Positions 47,575 to 58,000 of a DNA stretch of 64,000 nt are shown one piece after another (position 1 is the stretch's first letter; each line of letters opens with the position of its first letter). Source of the DNA: Somniosus microcephalus (lineage: Eukaryota); NCBI GenBank assembly GCA_052327205.1, contig CM126232.1, forward strand, positions 35,402,001 to 35,466,000. Direction: 5' to 3'. The notes under the pieces are model-generated. The model had not been told where the DNA came from. It worked only from the letters and a program-made list of their open reading frames with translations, and ran no database searches. The position numbers and the translations under genes are program-made.

Positions 47575-48320
47575 AAACCCCACCTCACTCCTCCTCCCCA
47601 CCGCCCCGCCCCTCCTCCCCACCCTCCCCCTCCACCCCACCCCCACCCCCACCTCCTCCCCATCCCCACCTCCCCCACCGCCCCACTCCTCCTTCTCTCC
47701 CCCTCCACTCCCACAGCCCTCCCTCCCCCACCGCCCCACCCCCACCTCCCCCCCCACCCCTCACCACCCCACCCCCCTCCTCTCCTACTCCCATTTCACC
47801 CCCACCCCACCTCTCCACTCCCCCGCCCCCCTACTTTCCCCCTACACCCCATCCCACCCCTCCATTCCCCCCCAACCCACCCCTCCACTCCTCCTCCCTT
47901 CTCCTCTCCCCCCTACACCCCATCCCACCCCTCCACTCCCCCCCACCTGCCCCAACCCTCCATCCCCCCTCCTCTCCCCCCGCACCCCTCCACTCCCCCA
48001 CCCCTCCATTCCCCCTCCCCCCCACCCCACTCCTCCTCCCCACCGCCCCACCCCCACCTCCCCCCCACCCCTCACCACCCCAACCCCCTCCTCTCCTACT
48101 CCCCTCTCACCCCCGCCCCATCCCTCCATTCCCCCTCCCCCCCACCCCACCCCTCCACTACCTTCCACCCACCCCACCCCTCCACTCCCCCCCACCCGCC
48201 CCACCCCTCCATTTCCCCTCCCTCCCGCCCCACCCCTCCACTACCTCCCACCCACCCCACCCCTCCACTCCCCCCCCATCCACCCCACCCCTCCACTCCC
48301 CCCACCACCCAACCCTCCTC
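47575..48320. repeat. C-rich low-complexity tract of about 750 bp (G-rich on the minus strand)
   Basis: Imperfect ccacccctcca/ccccac repeats with almost no G on the plus strand. Confidence 0.9.
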
Positions 48321-49036
48321 AAAACTCTTGAGGGTGAAATTTTATTGCAGCTAGGTCAAAACTGAGATTGATAGATTTTTGTTGGGTGAGGGTATTAAGG
48401 GTTACAGAACCAAGGCGGGTAAATGGAGTTAAGATACAGATCAGCCATGATCTCATTGAATGGCGGAACAGGCTCAAGAGGCTGAATGGCCTCCTCCTGT
48501 TCCTACGCTCCTCCATAAGTTCAGCAAAAACGTCCCCACTCTATAACCCCCTCACCTTTTCCACTCAGGATGATGACCCATCACCTCATGGCTAAAAGAG
48601 AGAGACAGAGACAGGAGTTGTAACGGAGAGAGGGAACAATTAGAGGGTCAGATGGGTTGGATGATGACCTTCAGCTTGTATCCGAGCCAGTCATGTGAGG
48701 GACGTGTTAATGTGGTCTTGCCAGATACAGGAAGACATTTCCTCCTGAAACTCATCTGTGTTTGGACCCCCTGGAATCCATGCAGCTTTTCAGACGATGA
48801 GTAAAGGTGTGCACCAGATTTAGCCTCAACCCTGATTTTTTGGCAATTTCCGAGATGCAGTGCCAAGACTCATATATGTTGTTTCTTCAGCCTAATCGAT
48901 TACATCTACTGAGGAAACTTTGCAGAGTCAAAGGTTCACTGTACAATCAACATTTTTTAATTAATTTTTTAAATAGTTTCAGACAGACCAAAGGTTAAAA
49001 TGGTAAAATACATGGGATCAAAATGTGCTTGGTCGC

Positions 49037-49369
49037 CCTCACAAGATGGTGGCTACACCGTCATCCCCTCACAAGATGGTGGCCACACGTCATCACCTCA
49101 CAAGATGGTGGCCACGTCAGGTAACCTTCACAAGATGGTGGCCACATGTCATCACCTCACAAGATGGTGGCCACGTCATCACCTCACAAGATGGTGGCCA
49201 CACGTCATCACCTCACAAGATGGTGGCCACGCGTCATCACCTCACAAGATGGTGGCCACGTCATCACCTCACAAGATGGTGGCCACACGTCATCACCTCA
49301 CAAGATGGTGGCCACACCTCATCACCTCACAAGATGGTGGCCACGTCAGGTAACCTTCACAAGATGGTG
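49037..49369. repeat. Tandem repeat, 12 copies of a 27-30 bp unit (cctcacaagatggtggccacacgtcatca)
   Basis: caagatggtg counted 12 times from 49042 to 49369. Confidence 0.95.
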
Positions 49370-49589
49370 TTTCGCCTCTACGGACTGTCTGCTTACACCA
49401 ACCTTTACCGCACAACTCTCTAAATCTCCAGAAAAAATGTCAAGTAGAGAATAAATATTCAACTGAATGAATAGCTGGGAATCGATTTTTTAACCTAATC
49501 TCAATTTGTATAAACTGGTGAAAATAACATCTTTCTGTACCTCCTCTTGAGTGCCTGCAATGCCTGCTGTAATAGAACTAACATCTAGA

Positions 49590-50266
49590 TCCCCAAATAG
49601 CTCAGCACCTCCTGTTTATCATCGTCCGCCTCTGCTCCTGCCTCAGCCCATCCGCTGTTGAAACCCTCATACGTTGCCTTCGTTACCTCCAGACTCGACT
49701 ATTCCGACGCTCTCCTAGATGGCCTCCCACTTTCCACCCTCTGTAAACTTGAGCTCATCCAAATCTCAGCTGCCCCGTGTCCTAACTCGCACCGAGTCCC
49801 CTTCACCTATCATCCCCCCCGCTGTGCTCGCTGACCTCCACTGGCTCCCGGTCCGGCAACACCTTGATTTTAAAATTCTCATCCTTGTGTTTGATCCCTC
49901 CATGGCCCTCGCCCTCGCCCCCCCCCCCCCCTCCCTATCTCTGTAACCTTCTCCAGCCCTACAACCCTCCGAGATCTCTGCGCTCCTCCAATTCTGGCCT
50001 CTGGTGCTGCCCCGATTTCCTTCGCCCTACCATTGGCGGCCGTGCCTTCAGCTGCCTGGGCCCTAGGCTCTGGAATTGCCTCCCTAAACCTCTCTACCTC
50101 TCTCTCCTCCTTTAAGACGCTCCTTAAAACCGACCACTTTGACCCACCTGTCCTAATATCTTATTCTGTGGCTCGGTGTCAAATTTTTTGTCTGATAATC
50201 GCTCCTGTGAAGCGCCTTGGAACATTTTACTATGTTAAAGGCGCTATATAAATGCACGTTGCTATT
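49590..50266 (+). mobile_element. L2 LINE 3' fragment; further copies at about 12236-12655, 14180-14700, 37467-38092 (minus) and 63620-63880
   Basis: [42 protein letters not shown]; (TTG)n tails on the other copies. Confidence 0.85.
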
Positions 50267-51020
50267 GTGTGTTCCCTACTCAAGGGAATGCAAGTCTGGT
50301 CTATGCAAACTGTCCTTAAAACGTATCACAAAATGAACAATGTAGACTATCGCTTGTCGTATCATTTTAGAGCAGAGATCAAACACAGAACCTTCCCTAG
50401 CGAAATAGGATGCTTTTAGTTCTACAATATTTTGACATTTTTACCACATGTAAAACTCACAATATTATACAAAAATACAGAAATATTACATTGATGCTGT
50501 TTATATCTTTTTTTCCAAAATGTCATCCCCTCCCAGTTCCCCCGCCAAGCCGCACACGCCATCTTGGCTTGGACACATATCGACATTCCTTTATTGTTGC
50601 TGGGTCAATAACAGGGATATCCTTAGCTAACAGCGCTGTGGGAATACCTTCACCGCACGGGCTGCAGCGGTTCAAGATGGCGGCTCACCACCGCCTTCTC
50701 AAGGGCAACTAGGGACAGGCAATAAATGCCAAGCCTCGCCGGCAACGCCCATGTCCTGAGAACGAATATCTTTTTGAACTCTCTCTTTGCAGCAAGATCC
50801 AGGGCATCAATTGCACCCTAATTCTTATTTCAATATAAGGCCGTCACTGGGTGACTGAGGGTGGGGAGGTTGACCAAAAACACCAATTCTGAAGCGAGTG
50901 GAGTGACTTGTATATGGGCGTGCTTTAAAATCGAACCGTTGAAATATGCTAGAAATATTGTAATCCAATTAATTTGATTGCAGATCGGGTGAGATGAAAT
51001 AGGGGGTGGGAGGAGGCTGG

Positions 51021-51247
51021 TGTCGTGAATCTTACCATTCGTGAAGAAATGACTCATGAAATAACACTGGGCGGCCAGCTGGTGGCGCCGTCCAAGGAGT
51101 ATAAATACTCGGGCGTGGGCCCAGCTTGCTCAGGACGTTTTTGTAACCAGGAACTAGTAATGAAACTAGAATCTCATGGTTGTGAAACAGTTGATTAAAG
51201 CTTTGTTTTATAATCAAATCAAGTGCTCAGTGAGTTTGCTTACATCA
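51021..51247 (+). mobile_element. Solo LTR (family A) inserted in a CR1 3' end
   Basis: TG...CA ends, GCTGG TSD at 51016-51020 and 51248-51252. Confidence 0.85.
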
Positions 51248-51602
51248 GCTGGTGTGGAGCATAAACACCAGCACGGACCGGTTGGGCCGAATGGCCTGTT
51301 TCTGGGCTGTACGTTTGATGCAATTCGAAGTATTTGTTGAATCCCACGACCACCAAATCTGGTCCCCGTTCTCAACCTGCTGCCAGTGATCGGCCGGCAC
51401 ACTGCCAACACTCCCAACGCTACATGACACGGGGTCGGAGTGGGTGGGGGTGGGGGAGGGGGGTGGGCAGCATGCTAACCTACCCGATCCCAAAGCTTAA
51501 GCCAATGCTGCTGAGAAACCCAGTGGACAACGGGACGCTGACCAGCCACAGAAGTAGATCCAAACAGTCGCTGCGACCAGCCCCCTAAGGAAGCTGATAG
51601 AC

Positions 51603-51608
51603 TTTATT
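51603..51608 (-). terminator. Candidate RASAL3 polyadenylation signal
   Basis: AATAAA on the minus strand about 185 nt after the stop. Confidence 0.55.
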
Positions 51609-51792
51609 CAAGGCTCTCCCCCCTCAGGCACAGTGAACGATAATATACCATGAAAAGAACACATGAATATGTAGCCAGATGTTGTAAACCAATGAAGAAT
51701 TACAAAAATATATCATTTTTTTTAAAGAAATTTCTAATGCCATTTTTATGGGGCAAACAAACCCCACAATCTCAAAAGGGGCGAAGACGTTC

Positions 51793-52047
51793 TTAGCAAC
51801 TGCCGTTCTCTACTTGGCCATTTTCCACAATTGGCAGCTTGGTGGGACTGGGTGGCGCCTTGGAACAGGATGGAGCCTCGGAGTTGGGACCGGATGGAGC
51901 CTCGGGATTGGGATCGGATGCAGCCTCGGCTACGGCGCTGGGTGGAGCGATGTGGCTGCCGCTTGCTGGGTGGCAGTTGTCCCTCAGCACTTTGAGGGAG
52001 CTCAGCAACTTCTTGTGTTCTTCTTCCACTGAAAAGAGGCGACTTTC
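51793..52047 (-). CDS. RASAL3: RASAL3 terminal exon
   Basis: Acceptor tgttttgatgcag, phase 0, 255 nt; ends SPTKLPIVENGQVENGSC*. Confidence 0.88.
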   Translation of the reverse strand, partial: ESRLFSVEEEHKKLLSSLKVLRDNCHPASGSHIAPPSAVAEAASDPNPEAPSGPNSEAPSCSKAPPSPTKLPIVENGQVENGSC

Positions 52048-55000
52048 CTGCATCAAAACACAGGAGGCATCTGGGTTACAGCCATGGGTCTCTGCCCCAT
52101 CTTTACCCGACATAAGCTATACACGTTTAGGGAATGAACCAATATTTTTTAAGCACCCAAAAGACCCGTACTGATTTCCCTATCGTCTTCTGCCTTCCTT
52201 CAGAATCAAGCATTGAAGCAGTATTGTGTCTGTTGTTGCATATCCATAACCAGTCATATAGAATAGGATCATAGAATGATACAGCACAGAAGGAGGCCAT
52301 TCGGCCCACCGTGCCTGTGCCGGCTCTTTGGTAGAGCTCTCCAATTAGTCCCACTCCCATGCCATAAGACATAAGAAATAAGAGCAGGAGTAGGCTTTAT
52401 GGTCCCTCGAGCCTGCTCCGCCATTCAATAAGATCATGGCTGATCTTTGACCTCAACTCCGCCTGATCTCCATATCCCTCGATTCCCCTAGAGTCCAAAA
52501 ATCTGTCGATCTCAGCCTTGAATATACTGAACGACTGAGCCTCCACAGCCCTCTGGGGCAGAGAATTCCAAAGATTCACAACCCTCTGAGTGAAGAAATT
52601 CCTCCTCATCTCAGTCCTAAATGGTCGACCCCTTATCCTGAGACTATGCCCCCTAGTTCTAGACTCTCCAGCCAGGGGAAACAATCTCTCAGCATCTACC
52701 CTGTCAATCCCCCTCAGAATCTTGTATGTTTCAATGAGATCACCTCTCATTCTTCTAAACTCCAGAGAGTATAGGCCCATTCTAATCAATCTCTCATATT
52801 CTGATGAAGGGTCCCAGACCTGAAACGTTAACTGTTTCTCTCTCCATGGATGCTGCCTGGCCTGCTGAGTGTTTCCAGCATTTTCTGTTGTTATTTCAGA
52901 TTTCCAGCATCCGCAGTATTTTGCTATTCTAATCAATCTCTCCTTGTGTCTGTTGATGCGTGTAGAATAGGATCATAGAATCTTACAGCACAGAAGGAGG
53001 CCATTCAGTCCATCGTGCCTGCGCCGGCTCTTTGAAAGAGCTCTCCAATTAGTCCCACACACCCCCTGTTCTTTCCCCATAGCCCTTCCCAGTAGAGGAA
53101 GGGGGAGTAGAGATATTGGATAGGATATAAATAGATAGAAAGGAGGTGCTAAACATGTTGGCATCACTCAAAGTTAACAAGTCACTCGGTCCAGATGAGA
53201 TGCATCCTAGGTTGCTGAGGGAAGCTAGTGTGGAGAAAGCAGAAGCTCTGACCACAATCTTTCAATCCTCCTTGCATATGAGAATGGTGCCAGAGGACTG
53301 GAGGATTGCAAATGTTACACCCCTATTCAAAAAAGGGGAGCAGGATAAACTTGGTAGCTAACGTCAGTGGAGGCAAGACTCCTAGAAACCATTGTCCAGG
53401 GCAAGATCAATTCTCACCTGGAGAAGCATAAGGGACAGCCAGCATGGATTTGTTAAAGGCAAACCATGTCTGACTAATCACATTGAGTTCTTTGATGAAG
53501 TAACAGAGAGGGTTGATGAGGGTAGTGCAGTAGATGTTGTATATGTGGACTTTTTAAAAGGCATTTGATAAAGTATCACATAACAGACTTATTCAGAAAA
53601 TAGAAGCACATGGTATTAAAGTAACTTGGGTACGTAATTGGCTAAGGGATAGGAGGTAGAGAAGAGTGGTGAACGGATGTTTTTCTGACTGGAGGGAAGT
53701 ATGCAGTAGGGTCCCCCAGGGGGTCAGTATTTGGACCATTGCCTTTCTCGTTATATATAAGTGACCTGGACTTGGGTAAAGGGGGTACAATTTCCAAATT
53801 TGTGAATGATACAAAAACTTGGCAGCATAGTAAATAGTGAGCAGGATAGTAGCGGACTTCAGAAGGACAGAGACAGACCGGTGCAATGGGCAGAGACACG
53901 GCAGATGCAATTTAATGCAGATCAGTGTGAAGTGATGCACTTTGAGAGAAACAACATGGAGAGGCAGTGTAATCTCAATGGTACAAAAGCAAAATACTGC
54001 GGATGCTGGAAATCTGAAATAAAAACAGAAAAATGCTGGAAACACTCAGCAGGTCAGGCAGCATCTGTGGAGAGAAAAAATGTAGCGAGAGAGAGAGAGA
54101 GGCGGCACCGCCGGCAGTGCAGCACTCCCCCAGTACTGCCCTGAAGAGTCCGCCTAGATTAGGCGCTCAAGTCCTAGAGCCGAGCTTGAACCCACAACCT
54201 TCTGACTCAGAGTGTGAGGGCTATCACTGAGCTAAGTCCACGCTCGAAATTAGCAATCGAAAAGGTGCTATTTTGATGGGGTTGCAAGAACAGAGGGACC
54301 TGGGGGGGCGTATTCACAAATCTTTGAAGGTGGCAGGGCACGTTCATGAGGTGGATAAGAAAGCATATGGGATACTTGGCTTTGTAAATAGGGGCATTGA
54401 ATACAGAAACAAGAAAGTCATGCTAAACCTTTACAAATCACTGGTTAAATCTTAACTGTGTGGCAAAGCCACCAACAGACTCCTGTATAAATGTATAACT
54501 GCCTTTAACAGAGTGCTACAGCACCTATATTTGTTTACTGTATGTAAATAGCCGTTCTGGATAAGCCCCAGAATCAGCGCGATGACGTCATCACGTTGGT
54601 CACGTGACGCCCCGAACGGCGGGAAACGTGATGAAGTCATGACGTCAGAGAGTGGGAGGTTCCCAACTCAGACCTCGTGAAACCAGCACCAGAAAAGACC
54701 TGTTGATTATTTCTCCTGCATGTAATTGTTTGTTCTCCAGTTTCTATTAAACTTCGTTTTATTATCGGACTGACTCGACCTCAGTGCTTCAGTTAGGGAT
54801 CTGACGATTCCTACAACTGGAGTATTGCGTACAATTCGGGGCACCACACTTTAGGAAGGATGTCAAGGCCCTGGAGAGGGTGCAGAGGAGGTTTACCAGG
54901 ATGATATTAGGGATCAGGGCCTTCAGCTATCTGGTGAGATTGGAGAAGCTGGGGTTGTTCTCCTTTGAGCAGAGAAGGTTAAGGGGAAATTTAATAGAGG

Positions 55001-58000
55001 CGTTCAAAATTATGAGGGGTTTCGATAGAGTGAGCAGGGAGAAACTGTTTCCACTGGCAAGAGGGTCGGTAACCAGAGGTCATAGATCTAAAATACTTGG
55101 TGAAAGAGCTAGAGGGGAAATGAGGAGAAACGTTTTCACACAGAGGGTTGTTAAGATCTGGAACGTACTATCTGAAAGGGTGGAATCAGATTCCACAGGA
55201 ACTTTCAAAAAGGCAATTGGACATGTACTTTCGGAAGAGGACTAAGTTTTAGGGTTATGGGGAAAAAGTTGGGAGTGGGAATAATTGGAGAGCTCTTTCA
55301 AAGAGCTGGCACAGGCACAACGGGCCGAATGGCCTCCTCCCGTGCTGTAGGATTTTACGGTTCTATTAATAAGAAGCTGACAAAGAGCGGCCAGTGACAC
55401 ATCTACTTACCAAACGCTCAATCTTCTGCAGGGTCCGGCCGGCTGCTTGTAATTTTTCCACGTCCTTCTTCCTTTCCTCTTCAATTGTTTCCAGTCTGTA
55501 AAAGGAGGGAACATTTCAACGAGCGGTCAGGCTGCGGTGCGGTTTAGCCCAAGCGCGGCAGGTCAATGGACCTGCTGGAACAAGGCGACCGTCGAGAGCA
55601 AGAGCGGCAGAAATAAAGGCGGCGGAGTAATCCGAGGGGCAGAGTGCGGAGGGTGGCAGTATAATGAGGTTGGTAGATTCAGTCATCGCCCCGAACATTT
55701 GCGTTAATTGTTCACCTCTCTACTGGACCGAGTCTATCGGGTGTGGAAACATAGAAACATAGAAGATAGGAGCAGGAGTCGGCCATTCGGCCCCTCGAGC
55801 CTGCGCCGCCATTTAATGAGATCATGGCTGATCATCCAAACTCAGTACCCTATCCTTGCTTTCTCCCCATATCCCTTGATCCCTTTAGCCTTAAAAAATA
55901 TATCTAACTCCTTCTTGATTATATTTAATGAACTGGCCTCCATTGCCTTCTGTGGTAGAGAATTCCACAGGTTCACCACTCTCTGGGTGAAGAAATTCCT
56001 CCTCATCTCTGTCCTAAATGGCTTACCCCTTATCCTTAGACTGTGACCCCTGGTTCTGAACTCCCCGACCATCGGGAACATCCTTCCTGCATCTAGTCTG
56101 TCCAGTCCTGTCAGAATTTTATAAGCTTCAATGAGATCATAGAATGGGGTTCAAGCCCTGAAAAGGTTTCAGAGATAGCACAAATTTCTCTGGTCAACAT
56201 GTGTAGCCACATGGGTAAATATCACTGCACTCCCCAGCCACGTGTTTAATAACAGCACCAACTCAACCAACTGGAGCTGGTTCTGGACTCCCCCGCCATC
56301 AGGAACATCCTTCAGCAGTAGCAAAAAAAACCCCATCCCGTCTTGTCAAATAGAACTTGCATTTCTATAGCGCCTTTCGCAGGATGTGCCAACAAGCTTC
56401 TCAGCCCATGAGGGTGCTTTATGAATTTCAGTCGTGGCTGTTACGTAGGCAACCACTGTGCGCACAGCGAGATCCCACAAGTTGCGGCGCGGTAAGTAAC
56501 CAGTTCATCTGCTTTTTTGGGGGCTGTTGGAGGTGAGATAAACGTTGGCCGGGAGAACTCCGCATGCTCTTTGTTGAAGAGTGCCACGGGATCTTTTACA
56601 CCCACCTGAAAAAGGGGCAGGCGGCACCCCCGGCAGTGCAGCACCCCGCCCCCCCCCCCGCAGGACTGCCCTGAAGAGTCCGCCTAGATTAGGCGCTCAA
56701 GTCCTAGAGCCGGGCTTGAACACACAACCTTCTGACTCAGAGGGTGAGGTGAGGTACCACCACCGAGCTAAGCCGACACTCGAAATAAGCAATATATCCT
56801 TCAATAAATTACTTCAATATTATGGTATCCTCACGTTGTGGAGTATTTTAAACCAACACTCGACACAAGGTTTACAGATCGATAGTCAAATCGTCTTTAT
56901 TACACCGGTGGGGGGGCGATCTCTACTGGTGCGCCAGGAGACTTCTCCAAATTGTTACAGCAAGCACTACATTTTTATACATTAAAATACACAAGGCAGC
57001 CTCGTGCACAATTCATTCCTGAAACCTGATTGGATCTTGGCCCGGATGCTCCTTTACGGATTGGTTACATATCCTAAGGTAAACATGTGTAAGCTGCTTC
57101 CTCAATCATTCACTCAAACTGCTGAATGCTGATTAAAAGGTAACTTGGAATGCGACCCAGTTAATAAAGTTCTTAAGGGCAGTTGAAATGCTGGACACCC
57201 TGTCTCCACATAATTGTTTTTAGCCTTCAAGGGTCAGCTATCTTGACCGCCTCTTTATGGATGTGGCCTTTCATGTTAGCCCCTGTCTTTCTTACACCAT
57301 TCAGTGAAACTGCCAGCGATGTCAGCTTAACTCTTTCCCCACTTCACCTCATGTCCACCTAGATAGGTGTCATAGCATCATGGAATCTTATAGCACAGGA
57401 GGAGGCCGTTCGGCCCATCGTGCCTATTTCTGGCTCTTCGAAAGAGCTCTCCAATTAGTCCCACTCCCCTGCTCTTTCCCCATAGTCCTGTAGTACTCAT
57501 AACACAGCCCAAGGGGCCGCTTGCTGTGCAATTCACTCGTGCCTGTGGCTCTTGTTGCTCCATGTGTCTCTGAGGTTGCAGGCTATTTGAATGCGAGGTG
57601 TTACTGGAGCACATTGGTGCTATTTACCACCTCCTACTCTGCACAACAGTGAGGCGATCCCAACATTCACACTACGGTGGATCTTAGAATGCAAGCCGTC
57701 ACATAAGGCTGCAGCAATCCTGAGAGAGACCCTCAATCGTGCCACAGCTTGAGACAGTGGCCCTCAACCAGATGTTACCAAAGCTAACTTAGGCGGATAC
57801 CCCTTGGTTAGTCTTATTATTGGAGCAATACGTTCTCACCTGCTAGCAAGCCTCTTTATCTGCTTGTCCTTTTCCTCCAGTTGTTTTTTCTGCTTCTCCT
57901 CGTCCTCTTGCAGCATTCGCTGAACATGTTCGTTTATGCAATTTTTAAACTCCTTCAGCTCCTGGTTGATTGTCTGCATGCTTTCCTGTAGACTGGAGAT

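Noticed and set aside
47392-48365. 320-aa and 275-aa proline-rich ORFs
   Set aside because: Products of a C-rich low-complexity tract with no domain or splice support.
48600-48950. Unique-looking sequence with short ORFs containing tyrosine motifs
   Set aside because: No consistent acceptor/donor pair, stops in all frames, no recognisable homology.
49037-49369. CRISPR-like appearance of the 27-30 bp and 33-bp repeats
   Set aside because: Head-to-tail units without unique spacers, no cas genes, vertebrate context.
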